Counted from the stretch's first letter, positions 9,008-18,574 are shown. The stretch: DNA of 64,000 nucleotides from Allosphingosinicella sp. (GCA_036387215.1 DASVUE010000164.1), one strand, 5' to 3'. Notes: generated by a model not told the origin, from the letters alone. Made by a program: numbers and translations.

Positions 9008-10756
9008 ATGGGTAATGGCGAGGCAGCGCCAAGGGTGAAGGGGACTCTTGGCCGCGTGATGGAGACGGTGAGAGGTCACTTCCTCTGGACGGCGTTCTTC
9101 AGTGCTCTCCTGAACCTGCTTTTCCTCGCGCCCTCGATCTACATGTTACAGGTTTACGATCGGGTGGTGCCCACCAGGGGGACCACGACCCTATTAGCTC
9201 TTACGCTTGTTCTCTTGTTCTCGCTCGCAACGCTCGCAGCGTTGGACGCACTTCGCTCACGCCTGCTCGTCCGCGCAAGCATTAGACTGGAGAAGCAACT
9301 CGCTCCCGACATCCTTGACGCGACCTTCGCGGACACCCGTAGGAGCGGCAGCGTCAACAGGCAGATCCTGCGAGACTTCGACACTCTGCGCCAAAGTCTG
9401 ACTGGGCCGGCTGTCTTAGCTCTCTTCGATGCGCCATGGACGCCGATTTACATCTGCGTTTGCTTCCTCATCCACCCAGCTATCGGCGCACTGGCGCTCT
9501 GCGGCGCATTGCTTTTGCTCCTCCTCGGCTGGCTAAATGAGCGAGCAACCAAGGATCGCACGCAAAAGGCGGCCGTCGCTTCGGGACTGGCCTATGCTAG
9601 CCAGGATCAGACCGCTGCGAACGCGGAGGTGGTCCGAGCCTTAGGGATGCGCCAAGCATTGGTGGCGCGCCACGTCGCCGAGCGCCGCCAGAGCGGGTCG
9701 CTACAATCCGAAGCGAATTTTGCTTCCAGCCGCTATGTCTCGCTGACGAAATTCGTACGGCTCGCACTTCAGTCGCTCGCACTTGGGCTTGGAGCCTTGT
9801 TAGCTGTCGAAAATCTGATCTCCGGGGGCGCGATCTTTGCCTCGTCATTCCTTGCCGCTCGTGCCCTTGGTCCCATGGAGCAGATTATCGGGGCTTGGCG
9901 TAGCATCGTCCAAGCAAGAGCTGCCTACGCCGAACTGGGCGACCTGCTGGATAGGGGCTCGGCCTGCGCTGCGAAGACGATCCTTCCTCCTCCTACAGGA
10001 AAGATCGATGTGGAGGCGGTCACCGTTACTCGTGCCGGCGGAGAAGCGCCCATCCTTCACCAGGTTAGTTTTGAGCTTGCCCCTGGGGAGGTGCTTGCAC
10101 TGATCGGCCCAAGCGGAGCTGGTAAATCCACTCTGGCTCGGGTCCTCTCGGGTGCCACTCCTGCGGACGCTGGCTACGTTCGATTTGATGGTGCCGAGAT
10201 GAAGGAGTGGGAACCAGAGCGTTTAGCGCGCCACATCGGCTACGTTGCGCAGGAACCATGCCTCTTTTCGGGGACAATCAAGGAGAATATCGCTCGCTTT
10301 CAGACCAATCTTCCCGGTGGTGATTCCGCCGAGACTGATGCTGCAGTCATCGAAGCGGCACGGCTATGCGGCGCACATGAGATGATCCTCCAGCTGCCGG
10401 GCGGGTATGACTTCAGGCTGGGGTGGGGCGGCCGCGGGCTCTCTGCTGGTCAATCACAACAGATTGCCCTTGCGCGAGCCTTGTACGGCCAGCCTCGCAT
10501 TGTCATCCTCGATGAGCCAAATGCACACCTCGATAACGAAGCCGAAAGCCGGCTCGTCAAAACCATCTCCTTCCTAAAGGCGCAGGGTGCGTCTGTTCTG
10601 CTAATCGCCCACCGGATGGGCGTTCTATCGGTGGTGGATAGCCTGCTTGTGCTTCGAAACGGGCACGTGGAGTTGAAGGGAACCCGCGACGAGGTGCTTA
10701 AAACAATCGCATCGCCGAGGGTGGTGCCAACCTCGTTAGCCAGGGAGCAGGCATGA
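9008..10756 (+). CDS. prtD: Type I secretion ABC transporter, PrtD family
   Basis: YMLQVYDRVV, FDAPW, Walker A GPSGAGKS, LSAGQ..IALARALYG and LDEPNAHLD. Confidence 0.92.
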   Translation: MGNGEAAPRVKGTLGRVMETVRGHFLWTAFFSALLNLLFLAPSIYMLQVYDRVVPTRGTTTLLALTLVLLFSLATLAALDALRSRLLVRASIRLEKQLAPDILDATFADTRRSGSVNRQILRDFDTLRQSLTGPAVLALFDAPWTPIYICVCFLIHPAIGALALCGALLLLLLGWLNERATKDRTQKAAVASGLAYASQDQTAANAEVVRALGMRQALVARHVAERRQSGSLQSEANFASSRYVSLTKFVRLALQSLALGLGALLAVENLISGGAIFASSFLAARALGPMEQIIGAWRSIVQARAAYAELGDLLDRGSACAAKTILPPPTGKIDVEAVTVTRAGGEAPILHQVSFELAPGEVLALIGPSGAGKSTLARVLSGATPADAGYVRFDGAEMKEWEPERLARHIGYVAQEPCLFSGTIKENIARFQTNLPGGDSAETDAAVIEAARLCGAHEMILQLPGGYDFRLGWGGRGLSAGQSQQIALARALYGQPRIVILDEPNAHLDNEAESRLVKTISFLKAQGASVLLIAHRMGVLSVVDSLLVLRNGHVELKGTRDEVLKTIASPRVVPTSLAREQA

Positions 10757-12114
10757 ACCAGATAGTCTCTGCCGAAGCCTTCTTGCCGTCGCCATCAGGT
10801 CCAGACTTGAACGACGATCCGAGAACGGAGATTCGGATCGGGCTCCTTGTCGCAGGTTTGTTTTTCGTGGTTTTTCTCGGATGGGCCGCGACCGTTAGGA
10901 TGGATGCTGCGACCTACGCCGTGGGCAGAGTGACAGTATCAGGACAACGTCAGTCGGTTCAACATCGTGACGGCGGAGTCGTCCAATCGATCCTCGTGAA
11001 AGAAGGTGACCGCGTCCGAAGGGGTCAGTTGCTGCTGCAGCTGTCGTCGCCTGAGGCGCTTGGGGAGGAACGGGCGCTCACCAGCCAATTCATCAGTCTG
11101 GTCGCTCGGAAGGCTCGGCTGCGGTCAGAACAGCTTGGCTCGACCAATATGACCTGGCCGGCCGAATTTAGATCCCTTGAGCCGCGCGACCTCCAGGAGG
11201 CCCAAGACGCATTCAGGGTGAATCAGGCGCAGTTGGCTGCGCGATCGTCTCTCCTAAACGTGAGCCAAAGCGTGATCCGCCAACAGACGGCGGAAGTGGG
11301 TGCTCGATCGACTGGGCTCAAAAGCCAGTTGGCAGCCGTAAGGGAACAGGAGCGTTTGATCAGCGAGGAACTTGAGAGCCTCCGAGCGCTGGAAGTCAAA
11401 GGGTTCGTCTCGAAGACTAGGATACGCTCGCTGGAGCGAGCACAAGCGGAACTGCGGGGACAGCTCGGGCAGTATGCTGCTACCGTGGTCGGCTCATCTG
11501 AGGAGGCACAGCGCACTCGCCTAGAGGTTGCTCAAGCCGAGAAAGCCTCCCGCGATAAGGCCTCTTCCGAGCTGAGTGATGTGGAAGCCGCCGTTGGTGA
11601 CCTCTTGCCGAAGCTAAGTGCTGCACGCGCTCGCCTCGCCCGCACGAGAGTCACAGCACCGGCAACAGGGAGAGTCGTCGGACTGTCGGTTTTCACGGCC
11701 GGCGGGGTTGTGGCTCCTGGGGAGACGCTAATGGAGATCGTACCGGAGCGGGCAGCTCTGGTGCTGGAGGTGCAAATAGCACCGAACGACGCTGATGACG
11801 TGCGGGTGGGACAGCTCGCTCAGGTGCGTCTTAGCGGAGTTCATGAACGAAGCCTCCCAAACATCGAGGGTACGTTGACCAGGGTTTCCGCGGATAGCCT
11901 CACCGACAAGCGAACCGGAGAGAGCTTCTTTCCCGCTGAGGTAACGGTGCGGCCCCACGATTTAGCGAACGTAAAGCGCATTCTCGGAAACGACTTTGAG
12001 CTGAAGCCCGGGATGCCAGTCGAGATCCTCATTCCGCTCCGCAAGCGGACTGCGTTGCAGTATCTTCTGGAGCCGCTCACCCACACGGTGTGGACATCAT
12101 TCCGTCAGATTTGA
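10753..12114 (+). CDS. prtE: HlyD/PrtE-family membrane fusion protein
   Basis: N-terminal TM helix, VQHRDGGVV..ILVKEGDRV..GQ, coiled coil, APATGRV and LKPGMPVE..RTALQYLLEP; ATGA overlap with prtD. Confidence 0.92.
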   Translation: MNQIVSAEAFLPSPSGPDLNDDPRTEIRIGLLVAGLFFVVFLGWAATVRMDAATYAVGRVTVSGQRQSVQHRDGGVVQSILVKEGDRVRRGQLLLQLSSPEALGEERALTSQFISLVARKARLRSEQLGSTNMTWPAEFRSLEPRDLQEAQDAFRVNQAQLAARSSLLNVSQSVIRQQTAEVGARSTGLKSQLAAVREQERLISEELESLRALEVKGFVSKTRIRSLERAQAELRGQLGQYAATVVGSSEEAQRTRLEVAQAEKASRDKASSELSDVEAAVGDLLPKLSAARARLARTRVTAPATGRVVGLSVFTAGGVVAPGETLMEIVPERAALVLEVQIAPNDADDVRVGQLAQVRLSGVHERSLPNIEGTLTRVSADSLTDKRTGESFFPAEVTVRPHDLANVKRILGNDFELKPGMPVEILIPLRKRTALQYLLEPLTHTVWTSFRQI

Positions 12115-12455
12115 CCTAGGCGCTCGGAGCCGCTTGCAGCTGTCAGTACCTCATGATCTCACCGGACGTCGGCAGGCCTTAGCCTACCAAACACGTGTCT
12201 CCAGCGTCCGATTAAGCCTGCCGGCGTGAGCCGACGCAGCAGCGAGAGGCGTATCGCTACGGCGAGGCGACGGCTGACAAGGTGCTCCCCCGCAACCGGG
12301 GAATGTGAAAGTCGCCTTCGGCCCCAAAGCCACTCTTACTGGCGCGGGTTTGATCGAATGCTGTTGCTCATCCGCAACAACATATTTGAGGTATGTCCTT
12401 GACGCAAATGCGTTATTTTGACATTTCTGGCCTTTCAAATTCGAGGAAAATCCAA

Positions 12456-12824
12456 ATGAAACTGATCAAAGTCGCCGCGCTGGCGGCAGTTCTTTCGTTC
12501 GCCGCTGCTCAGCCTGCTCTTTCGAAGGAGAAGGCAAAGAAGGAGTTCGTCATCGTCAATGAGGACGTCGGGGTTCCGGTGTTTCCGCATGACATCAAGG
12601 ATCGCGAGTACACGGTGCTTGGCGAGGTGAAGGCTGGCGTCCGCAAGGCCACTGTCTTTAGCAAGGAAGCTTCGCAGAAGAAGATCTACAAGGAGCTCTG
12701 GGAGCGCGGTGAGAAGCTCGGAGCTGATGCGGTGATCAACGCCAGCTACGGCGACTCCCACGTATCACTTACCAGCTGGGGCAAGACGAACGCGACCGGC
12801 ACTGCCATCAAGTTCAAGAAGTAA
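12456..12824 (+). CDS. Secreted protein, YbjQ/heavy-metal-binding-like fold
   Basis: GAGG RBS, signal peptide, YTVLGEV...L.E.GEKLGADAVIN...ATGTAIKF. Confidence 0.7.
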   Translation: MKLIKVAALAAVLSFAAAQPALSKEKAKKEFVIVNEDVGVPVFPHDIKDREYTVLGEVKAGVRKATVFSKEASQKKIYKELWERGEKLGADAVINASYGDSHVSLTSWGKTNATGTAIKFKK

Positions 12825-12837
12825 GGAGCGGCAGCTG

Positions 12838-13458
12838 ATGAGACGGCAGGCACTCCTGGCGGCCACCTGCGCTGGATTGTGCCTGCCGGGCATCGCGCCG
12901 GCACAGGCGATCGACACAGCTGGGCAACCTCCTAAGCCCCCGGCGGTGATAATCGCTCCTCCAACCAGAACGGCCACAGGGGCCATTCTCCTTCCACGAG
13001 ACACTCTGGTGCGTCTCATGGTGACGAAGGAAGTGAACTCGCGAGACGCGAAGGAGGGAGATCGCTTCCTCCTGCGCGTTGACGAGGATGTGGTCCTCGA
13101 CGGCGTGAAGGTCATTCCTGTTGGCGCAAAGGCCGTCGGCGAGATCGTGCATGTTCAGGAGAACGGGGCTGTAGGTAAGTCCGGACGCCTCGGGGCTCGG
13201 CTTCTTCACGTGCAGGTCGGTGAGGGCGAGATCCCAATCCGAGGAGAGCAGCAGACGAAGGGTCCCGGCAGCAGCAATCGCGTCATCATGAGCATGATCG
13301 GTTTCGGCGTGTTCGGTCTTTTGACCAAGGGTAATGCCGCCAAGCTCAAAGCCGGCGAGATCTTCAACGGCTACGTGTCGGAGGATATGGCCTTCGATCC
13401 GGCTACAGCCGCTTTTGTGCAAGCGAGAGCCGCAACGACCGCTGCTGAAGCCCGATGA
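12838..13458 (+). CDS. Secreted hypothetical protein (TrbI/VirB10-like beta domain)
   Basis: AAGGAG RBS, signal peptide, LPRDT.V.L..EVNS..AKEGDRF.L.V.EDV....VIPVG..AVGEI. Confidence 0.7.
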   Translation: MRRQALLAATCAGLCLPGIAPAQAIDTAGQPPKPPAVIIAPPTRTATGAILLPRDTLVRLMVTKEVNSRDAKEGDRFLLRVDEDVVLDGVKVIPVGAKAVGEIVHVQENGAVGKSGRLGARLLHVQVGEGEIPIRGEQQTKGPGSSNRVIMSMIGFGVFGLLTKGNAAKLKAGEIFNGYVSEDMAFDPATAAFVQARAATTAAEAR

Positions 13459-13982
13459 TTCCGCTGTCACTTGCCGCCGGCGTGGCGCTGTTGGCGCTAG
13501 CGCCAGCCCATCAAAGCCCCGTGCCCGCGCCGGTGGGTGCAGCAGAGCATGGAAGCCTGGTACTTCCGGCAGGTACTGAAGTTCCTCTTGCGACGCTCGA
13601 GGAGCTTAGCTCGCTGACGGCCCGTCAGGGGCAGCGGTTCGACCTCACTGTTACCGACGACGTTCTGGCACGTGGCTACGTGGTGATTCCTCGCGGCTCC
13701 CGCGCTGTTGGGGAAGTCCGCCGCGTCATTGGCAAGGGGATGGTCGGTAAGCGCGGCCGTATTGATATGCAGTTGCTCTTCATGGAGGTGGGTGGGCACC
13801 GGATAGGAATTGAAGGCCGCACCGACGATCGTGGAAAGAGCGGTGCGGCTCCCGTCGTCGGGACAGCCGTTCTCGCTGGGGCTTTTGGTGCCTTCGTAAC
13901 CGGCACAAGTGCCAAGCTTCCGAAGGGCACTTTGGTTCGGGGCTATACCCGATCAGACTTGCGGCTTTCGGTGTCGCGCTGA
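13455..13982 (+). CDS. Secreted hypothetical protein, paralogue of the upstream gene
   Basis: ATGA overlap; LPAGTEV.L..ELSS..ARQGQRF.L.V.DDV....VIPRG..AVGEV aligns with the preceding protein. Confidence 0.7.
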   Translation: MIPLSLAAGVALLALAPAHQSPVPAPVGAAEHGSLVLPAGTEVPLATLEELSSLTARQGQRFDLTVTDDVLARGYVVIPRGSRAVGEVRRVIGKGMVGKRGRIDMQLLFMEVGGHRIGIEGRTDDRGKSGAAPVVGTAVLAGAFGAFVTGTSAKLPKGTLVRGYTRSDLRLSVSR

Positions 13983-14007
13983 CTCAAAGCTACCGTGCGC
14001 TGAGCAG

Positions 14008-14241
14008 CTAGTGCTTCGACGCTTCTCCCGGGGGGATGAGTTGGTTGATACGCTGGACGATCAAGCGCCAGTTGGCCGCTCCATCAAGATCGACCTTCTT
14101 CATCAATTCGTCTGCACGCATGGCAGCGATGATCGGCGCATCAAAGCCGTGTTGCCTCACCATCTCTTGCGCGCAGGCCCAGAGTTCCCAGTCCGTAAGG
14201 ATGTGGGTCGGCGCGCAATCTGGTTTATCGACTGCCATCAC
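14008..14241 (-). CDS. Small conserved hypothetical protein (DUF6961-like)
   Basis: DWELWACA..MVRQHG.DAP..AAMRADEL....DLDGAANWRLI..RI, a pattern typical of small sphingomonad proteins. Confidence 0.6.
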   Translation of the reverse strand: MMAVDKPDCAPTHILTDWELWACAQEMVRQHGFDAPIIAAMRADELMKKVDLDGAANWRLIVQRINQLIPPGEASKH

Positions 14242-14251
14242 GTACCCTAGA

Positions 14252-14680
14252 TCATGAGCAGCGGTGTCTGCGCCAGTACTGATCCCATCTCAATGCGAAG
14301 CCTCTCCGCACCATCGCACAGCTGAGGTCCACGCCGGCTGACGTGGTGCACCAGGCGGCGGTGCGATCCCCTTTCGCCGATCCTTCCGAACTGCAGCGAA
14401 GCGGCATCGCCTTCACAAGGATGTGTCCCGTTCCCGCGACGCCGTTGCTCCCCCCTAACAAAGCCACCAGCCCATCTCGAGCAGCGACCCCGGAAGCTGT
14501 GGGGCAAGGGTGGTGCGGCTTACATGCGCCGTCGATCTCACGTGTAGCTATTCCAGCAAGTCTGATCTTGGGACCCTCCGCGCACCAGATCGGCCCATCG
14601 CCGTCCCAGACTTGCGTGGGGGTGCAGGTGAAGGAGGTGCCGGCAGCGACGGTGGCAAAGAGGAAAGACGTGAGCATCAA
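14252..14680 (-). CDS. Thermonuclease (SNase)-family secreted nuclease
   Basis: Signal peptide, VWDGDG, KIRLAGI..RE and DLSCAMVRRGFA.RW. Confidence 0.85.
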   Translation of the reverse strand: MMLTSFLFATVAAGTSFTCTPTQVWDGDGPIWCAEGPKIRLAGIATREIDGACKPHHPCPTASGVAARDGLVALLGGSNGVAGTGHILVKAMPLRCSSEGSAKGDRTAAWCTTSAGVDLSCAMVRRGFALRWDQYWRRHRCS

Positions 14681-14699
14681 CTACGGCCCTTATGGATGA

Positions 14700-15161
14700 T
14701 CAGAACCATTCACCATCAAGTTCGGCTAGCAACGCGCCCATTCGCAAACGCCCTTCATCAGTGAGGCGCAGCAGGGCGTACTTCGAGTTCTCAGAAGAGG
14801 CATGCCGACGCAGTAGTGCGGCCTCTTCCAGTCGATTGATCCACGCGAAGCCCGTCGCGTGAGCGATGGCAGCCTCGTCGCAAGCTACGCTAGCTCGCAA
14901 CTCGCGCCGCTCCTGTTCTGCCAAGTAGACGACCAAGAGCAGTTCAAGCGCGGGGGCGGTCTGCAGACCGACTGGCAGATGCTTAGTCCGCAGCCGAGCT
15001 GCTCGCACGAGCTGTCGCCCCGCCTGTACAAGCGCTCCGGATACTAGGGGCGCTTCTTCCGGAGTCGCAACAGGATGTCTTCTGCGCTTAGGCACTGACG
15101 CACATAAGCTGCGACGGGAACGGAGCAACGAGGGAGCAAGCGTCTGCTGCCTCACCATCAA
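14700..15161 (-). CDS. MarR-like winged-helix protein (true start probably downstream)
   Basis: PALELLL.VYLA...VACDEAAIAHATGFAWINRLEE..LL.R....LRLTDEG; paralogous to 17908-18459. Confidence 0.55.
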   Translation of the reverse strand: MMVRQQTLAPSLLRSRRSLCASVPKRRRHPVATPEEAPLVSGALVQAGRQLVRAARLRTKHLPVGLQTAPALELLLVVYLAEQERRELRASVACDEAAIAHATGFAWINRLEEAALLRRHASSENSKYALLRLTDEGRLRMGALLAELDGEWF

Positions 15162-15690
15162 GCCAGCGATCGTAATCCTCCGGGTGCAGGATTACCGGCA
15201 TGGCCTTCTCGTGTATCGGAGCCACGAGTGGGTTGGCTTCGCAGGTGAGGAAGGCATAGCAGTTCCCCTCCGCGGTCGGCCGCCAGATGCCGGCGAAGGT
15301 GAAGATCGGCGCAGCAGGCAGGCTGAACCAGTGCTCCTGCTTCGAACCCTTTTCGCCGCTCCACTCGCAGAACTCGGTCACCGGCACCAGGCAGCGGTAG
15401 TGTGGGTTTGCGATCGTTGAGCGCCAGAAGGGGCTCTCCAGGTTCCGCACGTTGGTGACGTAGCTGACGGTCGGCTTGCCCCTCTTGCCCTTCATGTGCC
15501 GCGGGATGCCCCACTTCATGGCTTCGAGGGTGCGCTCCCCGTCGTGCTTCCGGACGATCCAGCCAAGCCGCTTCGGGAACAACTCGGGCGGCGGGAGCGG
15601 CTCCGGCTCCGGCATGAGCTTGTCGACGTCGAAGCCATACTTCTGCGCGAGCTCGATCTGCTTAGCACTGACGCGGTACCGATTGCACAT
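15088..15690 (-). CDS. SOS response-associated peptidase (SRAP/HMCES/YedK family)
   Basis: N-terminal MCNRY with catalytic Cys2, TNVRN, RCLVP..F.EW, FAGIW and IHEKAMPVIL. Confidence 0.93.
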   Translation of the reverse strand: MCNRYRVSAKQIELAQKYGFDVDKLMPEPEPLPPPELFPKRLGWIVRKHDGERTLEAMKWGIPRHMKGKRGKPTVSYVTNVRNLESPFWRSTIANPHYRCLVPVTEFCEWSGEKGSKQEHWFSLPAAPIFTFAGIWRPTAEGNCYAFLTCEANPLVAPIHEKAMPVILHPEDYDRWLDGEAADACSLVAPFPSQLMCVSA

Positions 15691-15774
15691 GGCGGCCACC
15701 GTAGCTGGCGAGGCTGCGGGAGGGAATGTCCGCTACGGCCTCCCTCCCGTCCGTTGTCGCTTGGAGGCTACCGG

Positions 15775-16197
15775 TTAGGTGCCCTTGCAGATCAGCGCGG
15801 CGAGAGCGACGACGCTGCCTTGGACAAATGTAGCAAGGATCGCCCGCAGGGCGCTGACGGAAACCCCGGCAATCGCGGCAATCGCTGGCGCCAGTCCGCC
15901 CGTGAAGATGGTCGCCGCCGCGACGGTTCCAGTGATTCCGATAGCATTAAACAAGATTACCAAAGTAGTCGTGCACGGAGTCGCCCAGCTGGCGCTCATC
16001 TGGCCGTTGGCCCGCGCCTCGATATCCTTGTAGGTTGGCCCTCCGCGCACTCCCTGTGAGAACTGAGCAACCGATACGCCCGCCGGCAAGGGCCCGCCTT
16101 GTGCAACCCATTCCGCGCCTGGATCCCGCAAGAAACGCTGCGCGGCTGCCCTGTCCGAACGCAATTTTTTAATTACTCGCTCTGCCTCGCTTCTCAT
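15775..16197 (-). CDS. Putative bacteriocin-like precursor (NHLP-like leader + hydrophobic two-Cys core)
   Basis: G-rich RBS. Leader ERVIKKLRSD..AAQRFLRDP; C-terminal ~65 aa Ala/Gly/Ile-rich and bracketed by two Cys. Confidence 0.55.
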   Translation of the reverse strand: MRSEAERVIKKLRSDRAAAQRFLRDPGAEWVAQGGPLPAGVSVAQFSQGVRGGPTYKDIEARANGQMSASWATPCTTTLVILFNAIGITGTVAAATIFTGGLAPAIAAIAGVSVSALRAILATFVQGSVVALAALICKGT

Positions 16198-16529
16198 AAC
16201 CCCCCCCATTGATTGACTTAGGCGCTCACAGATTAGAGCCGAGTAGAAATATCGCAATCCTTCCTGTCAGCAAGTTGCGCGCAGGGGTCGGCACAGCTTA
16301 ACGCCGCCTCTCTCAAGAGGCATCCTCGGCCTTGTTGATGAATAGCTGTCGGGGCGGAATGCCTGGCGCCGCGCCGGCATTGGCAGGAGCGCTCCACGCG
16401 AGCACTCACAGCGCTGCGATTGCATGGGCCGCCAAAGGCAAGTCGGGCCGACGGGATGTGATCCCCGATAACGAGCAATTCCTTCAGGAGCCGGTGCGGC
16501 GGTATGCTGACGCAGAAGCGGGTGCACCG

Positions 16530-17600
16530 TCAGCGCAAAAGGGCTTTAACGGTGGCGTGCCTTAGCATCTCCTCACCTTTGAGATAACGCGCCCGCACCC
16601 GCATCTCCGGCCGCAACCATGAGGTCTCCCTGCGGGACTCCATCGCCAGCGCCGGCCGGTCGACCTTCAGCTGCTCATTCATGCGCCAGAACGTCTCCCG
16701 GTCCGGATCCGCCAGCGTCACCATGGCGGAGCCGGCATATTCCAGCCCCGCCTGCGTTTCGCGTGCCAGTAGGGCCGTCGGGGCTCGATCGCCGCGGGCG
16801 GTGCCGATCACCACGAACTCGGCCTCGCCGAAGCACTTCACCTTCAGCCACGACTTTGACGGGCCGCTCCGATACCGGCTCGTGATGCGTTTCGAGACGA
16901 TCCCCTCCAGCCCCATTCGATCGGCGGCGGCGAAGAGATCTGCACCGGCGCCGACAACATGATCGCTGAAGTGGATGCAGCAGGAGGGCTCGTTCTCCCC
17001 CAGCAGCTCCCGCAGGAAGCTGCGCCGCTCGATCAAGGGTAAGGAGCGCAGATCCCTGCTGTTGAGGTGGAGCAGGTCGAAAGCCATGAAGACCAGTTCC
17101 TCCGGCCGCCGATCCATCGCCGCCTTGAAGGAGCCGAAGTCGGACCGGCCCTGCTCGTCCTGGATGATCACCTCGCCATCGATAATTGCGCTGGCGCAGA
17201 ACAGCTCCGCCGCTGAGCGAATGATGCCCGGGTATTTGGCAGTCCAATCATGGCCGTTGCGACTGAATGCGCGGACGCGGCCGCCGTCAATCACCAGTTG
17301 CGTGCGGTAGCCGTCGTATTTGATCTCGTGCTGCCACTCGCCTCCCTCCGGAGGTTCGTCGACGAGCGTCGGCATCATTGGCTTGATGAAGCGGAGTCCC
17401 TCAGATGTGCGCTCGTGCCCCGGCTCCTCGTGAAGTAGGACATCACCGAGCTGGCGCCGATCCACCACCTGGCCACAGGCGTCACAGCGGTACAGGTGCC
17501 GCGCTTCGGGCAGGTCGGGCGCGGAGAGGCGGCGTTCGTTGAGCTCGACGCGGCTCAGGCCCCGCGGCAGCCTCAGGCGCTGGAGATCACGGTCGGCCAA
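16530..17600 (-). CDS. ATP-dependent DNA ligase (LigD ligase-domain type) with N-terminal CxxC..H..H extension
   Basis: AGGAGG RBS; EIKYDGYR, IDGEV, FMAFDLL, EGIVSK..S.YRSG...WLKVKC. N-terminal YRCDACGQVVDRRQLGDVLLHEEPGH. Confidence 0.9.
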   Translation of the reverse strand: MADRDLQRLRLPRGLSRVELNERRLSAPDLPEARHLYRCDACGQVVDRRQLGDVLLHEEPGHERTSEGLRFIKPMMPTLVDEPPEGGEWQHEIKYDGYRTQLVIDGGRVRAFSRNGHDWTAKYPGIIRSAAELFCASAIIDGEVIIQDEQGRSDFGSFKAAMDRRPEELVFMAFDLLHLNSRDLRSLPLIERRSFLRELLGENEPSCCIHFSDHVVGAGADLFAAADRMGLEGIVSKRITSRYRSGPSKSWLKVKCFGEAEFVVIGTARGDRAPTALLARETQAGLEYAGSAMVTLADPDRETFWRMNEQLKVDRPALAMESRRETSWLRPEMRVRARYLKGEEMLRHATVKALLR

Positions 17601-17907
17601 TTCAGCCTCCTTTCGGGCGGACTCAACAGAAGCTTCTCGGATCGGTTCCGGCGGCCGCTAGTGCTGACTGCTGCCGTCGCGCGATGGCACAGCCGAGAAG
17701 AGCCTGGTATGGTCGTACCTTTGCAAGTCAGGCCGTTCGGATCACACATTGCCAAATTGCTCGGAAGAGGCTCGGCGGGAAGCCCGATCCCTCCACCGCC
17801 AGTTGGGAATCCTGCTTCGCGGCCTTGATCACCTCGGCCTGTTTCAAGCTGGTGCCCACGTCGCTTTGGCCATGGCCTCTCTACAGAAGCGAACGGAAGG
17901 GGCAATT

Positions 17908-18459
17908 TCAATCGATGTGGGAGCAACTGACGCATTCGAGGAAGCTGCTCATCTTCTCGAATGCAGCGTCAGTGAGGGTGACCAGCACCAGCCGGCGGTC
18001 ACTCCCTTCGCGATAGCGCCGGATTAGGCGCTCCTCTTCGAGGTTGCCGAGCCATCTGAGCGCAGTCGTGGGCGGCACAGCAGCACCGATGCATGCACTG
18101 GAAATAGACACCGGCCGCTGCTCAGCTCTCGCGACATATAGGTCAAGCAGGATGTCCCAGCTCGCCTCACCCAGAAGATCGGGGGCGAAGTAGCGCTCTC
18201 GCAGTCTTCGGACGCTGTATAGCCGCTTGGCAGTGGCCTCGAGAGCGGACGGCATCCGGTCAATCATCTGGTCCCGGCGTAGGAGCAGCACTGCCTCTTC
18301 GAGTGCGGCAAGGAGCCTCGCCTCTAGCTCCCTGCCTGCCAGCGTAGGTTCGAACACGGCCGCTCCCGAGGAGAATAGGGTTCGCAGTGTCGCGCGATCC
18401 CCACCACGCTCACCGGAGTATGCGTGTCCCGCATCGGGAGGGGCAATAAACCATGTCAA
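17908..18459 (-). CDS. MarR-like winged-helix regulator (start uncertain)
   Basis: RRLRERYF..DLLGEASWDILLDLY...VSISSACIGAAVPPTTALRWL..LEE. Confidence 0.85.
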   Translation of the reverse strand: MTWFIAPPDAGHAYSGERGGDRATLRTLFSSGAAVFEPTLAGRELEARLLAALEEAVLLLRRDQMIDRMPSALEATAKRLYSVRRLRERYFAPDLLGEASWDILLDLYVARAEQRPVSISSACIGAAVPPTTALRWLGNLEEERLIRRYREGSDRRLVLVTLTDAAFEKMSSFLECVSCSHID

Positions 18460-18574
18460 TCGTGGCCTTGGCTACCGACGTTTCATTAGCAGCAACGAGG
18501 GTTGCGGCTAATGATACGCCTTTGATTGAGCTGGACAAAGCGATCGTCGGGACACCTGCCTCACACATTCGGTC

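Noticed and set aside
15691-15774. LexA box upstream of SRAP
   Set aside because: No GTTC-N7-GTTC or GAAC-N7-GAAC motif was found by eye.
17749-18027. Small + strand ORF resembling short sphingomonad helical proteins
   Set aside because: Its 3' part overlaps the wHTH gene on the opposite strand and there is no clear RBS, so it cannot be supported.
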